From an uncultured virus (IMG/VR IMGVR_UViG_2660238384_000003) (Duplodnaviria; Heunggongvirae; Uroviricota; Caudoviricetes), in IMG/VR virus record IMGVR_UViG_2660238384_000003, positions 62,001 to 123,700 of that record: a stretch of DNA of 61,700 nucleotides. One strand, 5' to 3'. Each line of letters opens with the position of its first letter. The first letter of the stretch is position 1. The notes under the pieces are model-generated. The model saw nothing but the letters and a program-made list of their open reading frames with translations. It was not told where the DNA came from and ran no database searches. A program made the translations under genes and the position numbers. Of the stretch, positions 36,694 through 46,229 are shown one piece after another.

Positions 36694-38083
36694 CTCGCGG
36701 CTTGAAGTCGGCGACCATTGATCGCGCGGAAGGACGCTGCGGACGAACCGCCTGCTCCTGCTGCTCTTCCCGGTCCTGGGCGCAACTGACGAAGCGCGCG
36801 AACTCGCCCTGGAACTGCAACAGGCAGAAGCCCGGCTTTGCGTGGCGACACTTCACGACATCAAGCTCGGTGATACCGTTCTGTCCACGCTCAGTGCTCA
36901 TATCCCGGTGAGCCATGATGATCACGTCGGCGTCTTGTTCGATCTCGCCGGAATCGCGCAGGTCGCTCATTTTGGGCTTGGCGTCGGCCCGGGTTTCGAT
37001 GCTCCGATTGAGCTGAGCAAGCGCGACAATTGGAATGCCAAGCTCTTTGGCGAGAGCCTTGAGCCCTCGGCTTATGGCGCCAAGTTCTTGGTTTCGGTTC
37101 TGATGACGGTGACTCGGATCGGAGGTGATAAGCCCGAGATAGTCGATAACGATCAGGCTCAGCGGCTTTGCTCGATGCTGGAATCGGGCGATGGAGCAGA
37201 TACGACTGAAAGTCAGTCCTCCCTTGTCGCAAATTCGCACATCACCCCTGGAGACTTGGTCCACTGCGGCAGTCATGCGTGCAATAGAGTCCTGGCACTC
37301 CAGCGCTTTGCCTGAGTCGATCGCCGCTTGTGAAACACCAGAAAGCGATGCGAGCGAACGCTTTGCAAGTTCGGCCTGAGACATCTCCAGCGAGAAGATC
37401 AACGCGGATCCCCGGTTGCGAACGGCAATTTCGTCAGCAATCCCCACCCCGAGAACCGTCTTACCCGTGCCAGGCCGACCAGCGATGATTGCCAGGTTGC
37501 CGGGACGCAATCCCTGGATAACGGCATCGAGGTCTGGCAGGTTGAACTTCAGTCCGACCGACTGAGTTCCCTTCCAGCGAACTTCCATTTCGTCGAAGAC
37601 TGGGAGCATTGCCTCGCGCAGCGTCACCACGTCAGGAGTCTCGTCCTGGGCGTTGAGATCAAGAACGATGCTCTGCGCTTCAGCCACCTGGTCCGGGATT
37701 TTCCCTCTCTGAAGGGCGATGTTCATGATCCGTTCGCCCGCTTCGTACAGCTCCCGAGCCTTTGCACGCTCGACGACAATCCTGGCGAAGTTTTCGGCGC
37801 TAGCTGTGCTTGCAACCTCGCGCCATAGATCGTTGGCGTATGCAAGCGTAAAGGCGCCACTTGGAAGCTCCGACCTAGCCTCCGCCAGAGAAAGCGGGTC
37901 AGGCACGATGGCCTTCGAATGACAGGCAAGGATCAGGCTGTAGATCACCGAGTTGTCGGCATGGCTGAAGTCGGTCGGGGAAAGGAAAGCCCCAACAACC
38001 TCGCACAGTTCCGGTTTCTTCATCAGCGCGCCAAGCACACTCTGCTCAGCTTCCATCGCTACCAGCGGACGCTCATGCGGCAT
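36683..38083 (-). CDS. DnaB-like replicative helicase
   Basis: AGRPGTGKT, FSLEM, IDYL, AQLNR, DLRDSGEIEQDAD. Confidence 0.95.
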   Translation of the reverse strand: MPHERPLVAMEAEQSVLGALMKKPELCEVVGAFLSPTDFSHADNSVIYSLILACHSKAIVPDPLSLAEARSELPSGAFTLAYANDLWREVASTASAENFARIVVERAKARELYEAGERIMNIALQRGKIPDQVAEAQSIVLDLNAQDETPDVVTLREAMLPVFDEMEVRWKGTQSVGLKFNLPDLDAVIQGLRPGNLAIIAGRPGTGKTVLGVGIADEIAVRNRGSALIFSLEMSQAELAKRSLASLSGVSQAAIDSGKALECQDSIARMTAAVDQVSRGDVRICDKGGLTFSRICSIARFQHRAKPLSLIVIDYLGLITSDPSHRHQNRNQELGAISRGLKALAKELGIPIVALAQLNRSIETRADAKPKMSDLRDSGEIEQDADVIIMAHRDMSTERGQNGITELDVVKCRHAKPGFCLLQFQGEFARFVSCAQDREEQQEQAVRPQRPSARSMVADFKPRGAQ

Positions 38084-38921
38084 CGTACTTGCCCTCCATG
38101 AAGCGCTGGATCTTGCTGGCGGTTGTCAGGAACTCGAAGTCTGCGCGCCACCCCCGGTTGTTGTTGCCCAGCATGAAGGGGCAATCCAGAACGTCGTTGA
38201 ACAGCCCTTCCCAAAACGACAGCCCACCGTCACGGACCGGGAACCCGCCATCGAGCTTGAGGTTGTACGCGGCGCGGATGTGCTTTCTGTGAGCCTCCGT
38301 CACCCCCATGCAGCGCTTGAGCTTTCCACCGAGGATCTGGTTGTACAGGTCGCGGATCTTCTCGTAAGGGATGCGATCAATCTGGAACAGCTGTGCGGTC
38401 TGGCCGGAGCCCGGCTCTTGCTCTGCTGCTTGCTGCGGATCGGAATGGGTAGAGGCGTCAGCGTCGACATGCTCTTCCTCTGGAATCAGAGAATCCGGAA
38501 TCAGAGAATCAGGCGATCTTGGCGATTGCTCAGCACAGCCTTGGTTGTGCCCAGGCACTTCCTTGGTCGTGCCTTGTTCTTTCGTTGGGTGTTCTGCACC
38601 AACGCCTGGGAGAGAACTGGCCTGCTCACGGACATGAGGCGTCTGATGCTTGGCAAAGTTAAGCACCTGAATCAGCTTGACCCCGGCAGCCTCATAGCGA
38701 TGGATGAACCCAGCCTTGGCCAGGTTATCCAGCATCAGGTCGGCGTCTACGTTGTCGTAGGGAAGCGCCTCGGCCTTGATCCGTTTCGGGCGATCCTCAA
38801 GGCGCCCTTCCCGATCAGCCAACATCCAGAGGTAGATGAACAGCAGGCGAGCGAGAGGATCTAGCTCTGCTAGGTCTTCGTTTGCCATGATTCCCGGTTT
38901 GATATTTCGAGCCCGCGCCAT
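38073..38921 (-). CDS. Phage replication initiator (O-like)
   Basis: MARARNIKPG..LWMLADREGRL; C-terminal WRADFEFL..EGKY. Confidence 0.85.
   Translation of the reverse strand: MARARNIKPGIMANEDLAELDPLARLLFIYLWMLADREGRLEDRPKRIKAEALPYDNVDADLMLDNLAKAGFIHRYEAAGVKLIQVLNFAKHQTPHVREQASSLPGVGAEHPTKEQGTTKEVPGHNQGCAEQSPRSPDSLIPDSLIPEEEHVDADASTHSDPQQAAEQEPGSGQTAQLFQIDRIPYEKIRDLYNQILGGKLKRCMGVTEAHRKHIRAAYNLKLDGGFPVRDGGLSFWEGLFNDVLDCPFMLGNNNRGWRADFEFLTTASKIQRFMEGKYDAA
38482..38510. repeat. Tandem GGAATCAGAGAATC repeats, candidate ori iterons
   Basis: 38482..38495 and 38497..38510 in the initiator linker region. Confidence 0.5.
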
Positions 38922-39319
38922 TACCAGTCCTCCCCGGTGTCTGCTAGAGCTATCTGGGGAACTGCGGTGGCAGTCTTTGCATTCCGCTCCTTGACCAGCT
39001 CGTATTGCATTTCGCCGTCCAGCCATTCAGTTTCGATATCGCAGTTGCTGAGCAGCCAGTTGTAGATAGCCACCGGCTCGCAATTAAAAAACTCACGGTT
39101 CGGAGAAACCCGAAAATCATCCAGGTCACGATGGAGTTCCCTCTCAGTCTGTAAGGCGTTATCCACCTCTACGTAGAACAGGATGAAGAAAGGCTCCGGG
39201 ACCGAAGTTGAGTTGGAGAGTTCAAAGCACCGCTGTGATGGCGCCCGATCAGTCTTTCCAACCTTGTAGATGCCAGGCATCGAAGGATTGGACAGGCAGT
39301 AGATGAACCCGTAGTTCAT
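38921..39319 (-). CDS. GIY-YIG/T5orf172-domain protein
   Basis: GFIYCLSNPSMPGIYKVGKT..E..LH..REFF. Confidence 0.85.
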   Translation of the reverse strand: MNYGFIYCLSNPSMPGIYKVGKTDRAPSQRCFELSNSTSVPEPFFILFYVEVDNALQTERELHRDLDDFRVSPNREFFNCEPVAIYNWLLSNCDIETEWLDGEMQYELVKERNAKTATAVPQIALADTGEDW

Positions 39320-39322
39320 GGG

Positions 39323-39514
39323 TTATGCTTCCTGTGTGTTGTGTTTTCCCACGCGTGATTCGGCTGCCACCGATCCACGCACCGACAAAGCCCTGTAGTA
39401 GTCGCTCAGGGCTTTGTTGTATCTGCGCCTCCACTCACTCGAACCCATGCCCGCCAGCTCTTCAGCGGCGTTAGCCATTGCGGCGTAGTCAGAGTTCGTG
39501 AGACGAGGGCGCAT
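39323..39514 (-). CDS. Hypothetical protein
   Basis: 63 aa in the early right operon. Confidence 0.5.
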   Translation of the reverse strand: MRPRLTNSDYAAMANAAEELAGMGSSEWRRRYNKALSDYYRALSVRGSVAAESRVGKHNTQEA

Positions 39515-39516
39515 GC

Positions 39517-40089
39517 TCAGACGCTCACCAGGCGAGGCTTGCGTCGCATCTGGTCAATCATCCGCAGAGCCTCTTCTGTCGCGGCGCGAGACTCAGAGAG
39601 TTCACGGTGAGCCTCTTGCAGCTCACCTTCATCAGCGCCATCAACCAGGCTCGCAATTGCCTGCTGTGCTTCACCGTTCTCTTTGATCAGGGATCGGAGC
39701 ATGCAGAGCACTTCCCGCTCGCCGCCCTCTCCATCGATCAGGCGAACCGATACCCCGACCGGAGTCAGCAGGTCGCCCAAAGCCTGAATCTTCAGATCGT
39801 TCGGGAGAGCGGCCAGGATCGAAGGCAGGAAATTTGCCGGAAGCAAGTTGTTGTCCTTCGTGGAGTCATCCAGCCAGCGGAACACCCGATCGGCATTCGC
39901 CTTCATCCTGTCCATCGCATCACGCGAGGGAGGGTCGAATACGATTCCGGTGGCGATATGAGCGTTGATGCGTTCGTGAGCCTCCACGATGTGCTGGACC
40001 ACGGTCTCGCGGCTCCAGCCTTCGCGGCGGCGCCACTGGTTCACCACGCCGAGCAGCGTGGAAATCAGGGTGTGCGATTCGCTTCGCAT
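39517..40089 (-). CDS. CII-position regulatory protein
   Basis: Directly after cro; helical. Confidence 0.55.
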   Translation of the reverse strand: MRSESHTLISTLLGVVNQWRRREGWSRETVVQHIVEAHERINAHIATGIVFDPPSRDAMDRMKANADRVFRWLDDSTKDNNLLPANFLPSILAALPNDLKIQALGDLLTPVGVSVRLIDGEGGEREVLCMLRSLIKENGEAQQAIASLVDGADEGELQEAHRELSESRAATEEALRMIDQMRRKPRLVSV

Positions 40090-40124
40090 GCTTTGTGGCC
40101 TCCCGGCCGGTAGATTGGATCGGG

Positions 40125-40325
40125 TTAGGCAACGGCCTTGGCGGAGTGAGATGGGAAGGCCTTAACCTCCTCAGCCGAGTAGGTTCCGTCTGCGTTTTCG
40201 GTGACATAGATGTCACGCCCGACCCGCAACGCCTTGTTCAGTGCGCCCTGGGTCAGTCCAAGCAGCGCAGCGGCCTTGGTCTGGCCCTTCTGGGCAGAAA
40301 ATTCTTTGAGAGGAATGCGGTGCAT
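40125..40325 (-). CDS. cro: Cro repressor
   Basis: GQTKAAALLGLTQGALNKA..GRDIYV..AEEVKAFPS is lambda Cro-like. Confidence 0.92.
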   Translation of the reverse strand: MHRIPLKEFSAQKGQTKAAALLGLTQGALNKALRVGRDIYVTENADGTYSAEEVKAFPSHSAKAVA

Positions 40326-40359
40326 AACCCAGGTCTCCATGGTTTATCCATGGACAAAG

Positions 40360-40427
40360 TATTGCCGGCGGTTATTTCAAAGTCAATGCCGGCGGCGATG
40401 GATACCTATCGCCTGCGGGAATACCCT
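40360..40427. promoter_or_regulatory. OR operators with PR and PRM
   Basis: 17-mers at 40360..40376, 40384..40400, 40407..40423; PR TTGACT-N17-AATACT (minus); PRM TGGATA-N17-TACCCT (plus). Confidence 0.8.
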
Positions 40428-40433
40428 TCGCAC

Positions 40434-41213
40434 ATGAGCGACAAGAAACGTGAAATCTCCCAGTGGGAGAAAGAGGAATGCGCCAAGCTGAAAGCTGCGC
40501 TGGAAGAATTCAACGCCGGGAAATCTCGGAAGGACAGCCTTACCCAGGGGAAAATCGCCGAGGCTCTCGACATGAGCCAGGGGTCCGTGAGCTCCTATCT
40601 CAACGGGTACAACGCGCTCAATGCGAGGTTTGCTTCGTACGTTGCCTCGCAAATCGGGATCCGTATCGAGTCATTCAGTGAACGGCTGGCAGCGGAAGTT
40701 GGGGAGATGGCCAAGGCTGTGCATGCAGAACCCGCAAAGGGGAATGTCATTTCTGCCGACTTTTCGAGGCAGAGGACAAAGAACGGGTTCATTGTCGTAC
40801 CCCAATACGATATCGCTGCCTCCATGGGGAAAGGCTTGGCGCGCCCAGAATTTGATGTCGTGATCGACTCGATTGTCGCAAGCGTCGACTATCTATCTCG
40901 CAACGTCAGATATTCAGCACCAGACAACCTCGCGCTAATCACGGGCTATGGCGACAGCATGCAGCCTACGTTTTCGGACGGAGACATCCTTCTAGTCGAT
41001 ACCGGCATCACTGAGATAAAGATAGATGCCGTCTACGTTATGGCCCTGAAGGATGAGCTTTACATCAAGCGGATGCAGCGAAGGGCAGATGGCACCTTTC
41101 TGATGATCTCAGACAACAACGCCTACCCACCAATCGAGGTATCCAGCGCCGAATTAAAAAGATTCCAGGTGCTCGCTAGGGTCCTGCTGGCCTGGAATGC
41201 GAAGAGACTGTGA
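40434..41213 (+). CDS. cI: CI repressor (HTH plus S24 autopeptidase)
   Basis: LTQGKIAEALDMSQGSVSSYLNG; GDSMQPT and YIKR catalytic Ser/Lys. Confidence 0.93.
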   Translation: MSDKKREISQWEKEECAKLKAALEEFNAGKSRKDSLTQGKIAEALDMSQGSVSSYLNGYNALNARFASYVASQIGIRIESFSERLAAEVGEMAKAVHAEPAKGNVISADFSRQRTKNGFIVVPQYDIAASMGKGLARPEFDVVIDSIVASVDYLSRNVRYSAPDNLALITGYGDSMQPTFSDGDILLVDTGITEIKIDAVYVMALKDELYIKRMQRRADGTFLMISDNNAYPPIEVSSAELKRFQVLARVLLAWNAKRL

Positions 41214-41242
41214 TGGACACTTGACGTTCAAGGAGAGAAACG

Positions 41243-41892
41243 ATGGTCGATTTGCACGATGAATTTGGGGAAAGCCGAATTTTCCACGAGAAGCGCATAG
41301 AGCGAAGGTCTGTCGATGCACTCGCAGGACTGGCCGCCGGGATCACTGCTGATGGGCATATCAATCAGCAGGAGGCCGAGTTCCTACAGGATTGGATTGC
41401 TACGAACCTGGTCCATCTTGACGATCCAGTGACCAACCTCCTCTACAGGAGGCTCTCAGACATGCTTTCCGATGGCGTGTTAGACGCTGACGAGTCCGCC
41501 GAACTGCTTGAGATTCTTAGAGGGTTTGGTGGCCTCTCTGCTTCCAAGCCGAAACCAAGCGACAATGCCTTTACTCCATCGAATGCTCTTCCGCTCAACA
41601 ATCCAGCGCCCAAGCTTGAATGGTCGGGCCATCTCTACGTTTTCACTGGCGTCATGGTCTACGGCCCCAGAAAGCATTGCGAAGAGATCGTCGTCAACCG
41701 CGGCGGGGAATAGCCTCAGGCATCAGCAAAAAGGTGCATTACCTGGTTGTCGGCGAGATAGGCAACGAGCAGTGGCTTCACAGCACCTACGGAACCAAGA
41801 TCAAGCGAGCTGTCGAGTTGCGTGAGGAAGGCCATCCCATCGCGATCATCAGCGAGAAGCACTGGCAAGCCTCGATGTTCAACCTGGTCTAG
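41243..41892 (+). CDS. TerB-like plus BRCT domain protein, one-base frameshift at 41705..41708
   Basis: GITADGHINQQE; YVFTG..R..NRGG then ISKKVHYLVVG..YGTKIKRA..IISEKHW in the next frame. Confidence 0.8.
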
Positions 41893-42099
41893 GTGAGGCG
41901 AGGCGTCATCGCATATGGACCGCAGGCTCACAAGCACCGCATCATAGGCAAGGTCATCTGGAGGGGGGGATCTCTAAAGGATGTTGCGGGAGTACCGGAG
42001 GATCATTGGGCAATAGCGGAGTCATTACGTTTTCGTTCCGGTCTGGGATCGTGGGGTACTGATAAACACTGAGCCAGATCGCAAGCAAAAGCCAAATAG

Positions 42100-43275
42100 A
42101 TGGATAGGGAAATGACAGAACTTGAGTTACCAGCCGTTGAGCGACCTGGTGAAGCGGACCTCGATGCGATGACCTTTGGTAGAGCTCTCCATGAGTGGGC
42201 TCGAAGGCATGGAGCATTGGCGTTTCGAGAAGTTGCGCCTGCAGCAGAGGTTATGCCGCTGGAGCGAATCTTCGATACAGATGCGGACTCGGCCAAGCGC
42301 ATATCTCAAGCTCTGCACCGATTGAAAATTACGGCGATCACTGCAGATGGGGAAAATGGAACGGTTTCTGTCCTCTGCAAGAATGCAATCTCGTCTCAGA
42401 TCGACAAGAAGCTGCCGAAGCGTGTTCACGAAATTGATATCACCTATACCGGGAAAACCACGGTAGAGGTAAATCCGCCAGCTATCCCATTTTCAGGCTC
42501 TGCGGGGTCACCCGTTTGGTTTTCGCATGGAGGGAGAATTGCCTGCGGCTCTTCTGTAACGTCCAGTCAAGTGTTTGACGCAGGTACGCTTGGCTTTCTA
42601 GCACGTCTAGCAGATGGTCGTCTTGTTGGCTTTTCGAATAACCACGTGACCGGTGAATGCAACCATACCCCGCCAGGTATGCACATTCTTAGTCCTTCCC
42701 CGCTCGATGCTACTCCATCCAGCCCACCGCCATTGGCCATAGGCTCTCATTTCGCCTTGGTTCCGCTTCACAGCGGAGATCCAAATCAGATCAGCCTTCA
42801 AGAAACTGACGCAGCGATTTTCTTGATCACCGAGCCAGATTGCGTCTCTTCGATGCAAGGGAACGGCTTCTATGACACTCCAGCTGAAACTATTCCCTTG
42901 CATGCGGGACTAAGAGTCAAGAAGGTTGGCAGAACGACAGGACTGAGAGTTGGCACGGTTTTGGGTGAGATGGTTGTCCCGTTCTTCATCCCTTACAAGT
43001 CCAGCAAATTCCAGTCTATAGTATATTTCTCTGGCGTCTGGGCGGTTGAGGGCGACGGCGGAAACACCTTCTCTGAAGGTGGTGACAGCGGATCTCTCGT
43101 TGTTACTGCCGATGGAACGAAAGCGGTCGGAGTGGTCTTCGCGGGAGGTGGTAATGTGTCATACATTCTCCCTATCGACAAAATCCTCGACCTTTTCACT
43201 ATGACGCTAGTGTCAGGACACAACTCGGAGCTAGCAAATGAACAGCCGTCAAGCAGCAGCGACGTTACTGCGTAG
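42100..43275 (+). CDS. Trypsin-like (S1, Nal1-type) serine protease with N-terminal prodomain
   Basis: GTLG, SNNHV (His), DAA (Asp), VKKVGRTTG, GGDSGS (Ser); no signal peptide. Confidence 0.88.
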   Translation: MDREMTELELPAVERPGEADLDAMTFGRALHEWARRHGALAFREVAPAAEVMPLERIFDTDADSAKRISQALHRLKITAITADGENGTVSVLCKNAISSQIDKKLPKRVHEIDITYTGKTTVEVNPPAIPFSGSAGSPVWFSHGGRIACGSSVTSSQVFDAGTLGFLARLADGRLVGFSNNHVTGECNHTPPGMHILSPSPLDATPSSPPPLAIGSHFALVPLHSGDPNQISLQETDAAIFLITEPDCVSSMQGNGFYDTPAETIPLHAGLRVKKVGRTTGLRVGTVLGEMVVPFFIPYKSSKFQSIVYFSGVWAVEGDGGNTFSEGGDSGSLVVTADGTKAVGVVFAGGGNVSYILPIDKILDLFTMTLVSGHNSELANEQPSSSSDVTA

Positions 43276-43450
43276 GCTGAACCTGCCTGAAGGAACAGCA
43301 AACGTGGTGGTTGATGATCAACACGACCCAGCTGAGCTGACAGTGCTCGTATTCTGCCCTCCAAAGCCGATGCTTGTAGTGGATGAGTGGGAGGGGCACC
43401 CGGTTCGTATACTGTTTACTGGCGCTCCGCCAATGGCCCATCTCCACTGA
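43238..43450 (+). CDS. Small acidic protein overlapping the protease end
   Basis: 70 aa, GGAG SD, followed by terminator. Confidence 0.7.
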   Translation: MNSRQAAATLLRRLNLPEGTANVVVDDQHDPAELTVLVFCPPKPMLVVDEWEGHPVRILFTGAPPMAHLH

Positions 43451-43454
43451 GATG

Positions 43455-43481
43455 AAGCCCCGCACCCGCGGGCTTTTCGTT
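43455..43481 (+). terminator. Rho-independent terminator
   Basis: AAGCCCCGC accc GCGGGCTTTTCGTT. Confidence 0.7.
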
Positions 43482-43666
43482 CCAAGCTGCCCTTCCCGCG
43501 GGATCAGCGCTGAACTGACGACAGCCATGCCCAGGCGCTGAACTCGCCCCAGCGCCACCCTTCCCGCCTAACACCGTATCCAGAGCCCGCCTAGCCAAAC
43601 TGTGGCTACCCTCTCCAGTCCCCTCCGAATAGAATCACCTGGCCATTACACATCGAGGAGTTTTCC

Positions 43667-44320
43667 GTGGCCCTGATTAAGTGCAAGGAATGCGGCGCCC
43701 AGGTGTCGAACAAAGCCAAAGCCTGCCCATCGTGCGGTGCAAAGGTACCCAAGAGCGTTGGCGTCATCGGTTGGCTGTTTGTGATATTCATCGTCCTGCC
43801 TATCGCCTGGCAGTTTGGAACGGGAATCGGCTCCTCCGGCGATGCGGCTCAGTCGCGACCATCCAGTTCGCAATCGGCAGCCACAAGCACTACTAAATCC
43901 CCTTGGGAGCGCCATGAATACAAGGACCCGATGAGTGATGAAGTAACCACAATGCTCACGCTCCAGTCGAAGACGTCAACCCTCTTCGATTTCCCATATC
44001 GGGTTGCAGGGGGTTCGTTCCTGAGCCTCACCTTCCGTAAGAAGGGCAAAGACCTGGACGCCTTCCTCAAGATCACCAAAGGGCAGATGCAGTGCGGTTA
44101 TCGAGACTGCGGGTTCGTTCTTCGGGTCGGTGAAGGCAAGGCGCAAAAGTGGACCGGGGTCCGCAGCTCCACCAACGACAGCGACCTCATGTTCGTTCGG
44201 GACGCTAAGCAATTGGAGTCCATCGTCAAATCGGGCAAGCCTTTCCGGATCGCCATAGAGTTCTTCCAGGCAGGACAGCGCGTTTTCGAGTTCGACCCAA
44301 CAGGCTACCCAGGCCTATAG
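43667..44320 (+). CDS. Zinc-ribbon plus TM plus periplasmic-domain protein
   Basis: CKEC..CPSC, TM VIGWLFVIFIVLPIAW, Ser-rich linker; GAGGAG SD. Confidence 0.8.
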   Translation: MALIKCKECGAQVSNKAKACPSCGAKVPKSVGVIGWLFVIFIVLPIAWQFGTGIGSSGDAAQSRPSSSQSAATSTTKSPWERHEYKDPMSDEVTTMLTLQSKTSTLFDFPYRVAGGSFLSLTFRKKGKDLDAFLKITKGQMQCGYRDCGFVLRVGEGKAQKWTGVRSSTNDSDLMFVRDAKQLESIVKSGKPFRIAIEFFQAGQRVFEFDPTGYPGL

Positions 44321-44337
44321 CAGACAGAGACGTTCCC

Positions 44338-44361
44338 AAGCCCGCCTAGCGCGGGCTTTTT
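44338..44361 (+). terminator. Terminator ending the immunity region
   Basis: AAGCCCGC cta GCGCGGGCTTTTT. Confidence 0.8.
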
Positions 44362-44379
44362 CATGGTCGCAAGAAAATA

Positions 44380-44475
44380 TATCTCCGGCGGTATTGACTT
44401 ATGTATATCCGGCGGCGATAGTTAATCCATAGCCGCAGCCAATACGCGGCCCAGGCCACCGAGCCGCGCTCTTTA
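44380..44475 (+). promoter_or_regulatory. OL operators, PL promoter and boxA
   Basis: 17-mers at 44380..44396, 44404..44420, 44428..44444; TTGACT-N17-GATAGT; CGCTCTTTA at 44467..44475. Confidence 0.8.
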
Positions 44476-44747
44476 AAAACCAGATGGACGCCGAGCTGGC
44501 CGATGCATAGCCAGCGGACCTATCGCGCAACGGTAGGCGGCAGCGGACAACATTCCGTGCCGGGCACAGGCCACTCAAGCGAGATTGAGGCCAGTAACGA
44601 TGGATAGCCGACCGAGGCACGCTTCCCGGGCAATCGTGAAAACCTCGCGGGTAAGCGACCGCAGCCTGTGCAAGAAGAAACACCCCGATTTCTCAGATGC
44701 CATTCGCAAGAGTGGCATCGAGGAAATCAGCCAAGAGGAACGGCTCA

Positions 44748-44959
44748 TGAACATCAGCGTTTTGAACTTTACGGCCTACAAGATCGACGTCGATCCAGCC
44801 AGCCGTACAACGATTGGAGTCTCGGCTTTCGATGCGGACGGCACTTCGGTGCTGGAGAACTTCGACATCGAGCAGATCGTTAACCACTTCGGCGCCGAGG
44901 AACTTCTCGATGAAATCGGGGAGCAGGTCGTCCGCCGCCACTTCAACATCGAGGGATGA
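44748..44959 (+). CDS. Early hypothetical protein
   Basis: MNISVLNF.., GAGGA SD; start position approximate. Confidence 0.6.
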
Positions 44960-44962
44960 GAG

Positions 44963-45226
44963 ATGGCCTCTACTTACGGCCGCAGCCCGGCAGAGATTGC
45001 CGAGGACATGGTCCTGACCATGGCCGCTCCAATCTTCAACATCAGCCGCGAGTTTGCTGCTCGCTATTGCGAGCGGCGCGTTGAACTCGAATCAGCAAAG
45101 CCCATTCGTGAGCAGGCTGCTGAGCTGCTGGATGGATGGGAAGGAACGAACGCGAACATCGCCGCAGCGATGCAGCTTTGGCCGCTCTGGTGCTACGCCA
45201 CCCGTGCGCACCGGTTCAACACCTAA
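44963..45226 (+). CDS. Early hypothetical protein
   Basis: 87 aa with SD. Confidence 0.6.
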   Translation: MASTYGRSPAEIAEDMVLTMAAPIFNISREFAARYCERRVELESAKPIREQAAELLDGWEGTNANIAAAMQLWPLWCYATRAHRFNT

Positions 45227-45401
45227 TCCGATCTCCTGCCCAGCCAGGGCGCATCGAACCTTGGAGTCATGAGGGGAGCGTATCGGCCGGAACGCGAACA
45301 CCGGTTAGCTGCCAGCGGATCGCGCCGCATCAGATACGACAGCTAGAGGCGCATAAGCCTCTCGGTACGCTCCCCCATGGCTCCGCATACAGGAGAAAGA
45401 G

Positions 45402-46208
45402 ATGAGCAACATCAAATACACGGACGACGGAAAGAAGGTTCTCGTCCTCGGCAAGCTCAACGCTGAGCAATCGATTGTTCAGGAAATATTCGTCAGCGAA
45501 GGGCAGGAAATCCCGAGCGGCGAGAACTTCGTCGTAAAGAGCCTGCATGACAAGCCGGTTGAATCATGGAAGGAAAAGCGCCTTCGTGAGCTGGAGCAGA
45601 ACTACGAGTCCGAGCGCAAGCGTTTGGAAGGCGAGATAGAGCGCATGCGCCAGAACCTGGGTGCAGCCAAGGAGAAGGCAAAGATTCAGGCTGACGCCAT
45701 CCTGCGATTTGTTAAGTGCGCTGATGAGAGCCAGCTTGAGACGCTGAAGCGCTTCATGGCTGGCGAGATCACCCATGTCTACATCGCAGGCTACTCGCCT
45801 GAAATCGTTGACTGGGCGGATAGCACTAAGCAGTACGACGTCGATTCATGGGGCGGCAGGATCAAGTACGAAGGCCTGAAGCTTATTTCAATCCTGGGCA
45901 AGTCAGATGGAGACCTGAGCTATCGGCTCAATCAATACAGAGACGGCAGTGGTAACTGGCAGGAAATCTATCCGGCCTGTAGCTATCAGGACGCACTAGC
46001 AATGGCGCAGAAGGATTGCGATGAGCTTTGCGCCAAATACCTTGCCGATGAGTATCGCGGCTTGGACCTCGACAGATGGGCAGGTATCGAAGGAATCGTT
46101 ATCCCATCTGCTGCACTCGAAAAGCGCGATGCGGAACGGCTAGCTCAGCGCAACAAGAAGATCGCCGAGTTGCGCGACCAACTTTCTAAGTTGGAAGCCA
46201 CCGCCTAA
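45402..46208 (+). CDS. Early hypothetical coiled-coil protein
   Basis: 268 aa, AGGAG SD. Confidence 0.75.
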   Translation: MSNIKYTDDGKKVLVLGKLNAEQSIVQEIFVSEGQEIPSGENFVVKSLHDKPVESWKEKRLRELEQNYESERKRLEGEIERMRQNLGAAKEKAKIQADAILRFVKCADESQLETLKRFMAGEITHVYIAGYSPEIVDWADSTKQYDVDSWGGRIKYEGLKLISILGKSDGDLSYRLNQYRDGSGNWQEIYPACSYQDALAMAQKDCDELCAKYLADEYRGLDLDRWAGIEGIVIPSAALEKRDAERLAQRNKKIAELRDQLSKLEATA

Positions 46209-46229
46209 CGCGCTCAATGGAGAACGACC

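Noticed and set aside
40095..40433. N-terminal extension of CI
   Set aside because: Overlaps cro and OR; real start is ATG 40434
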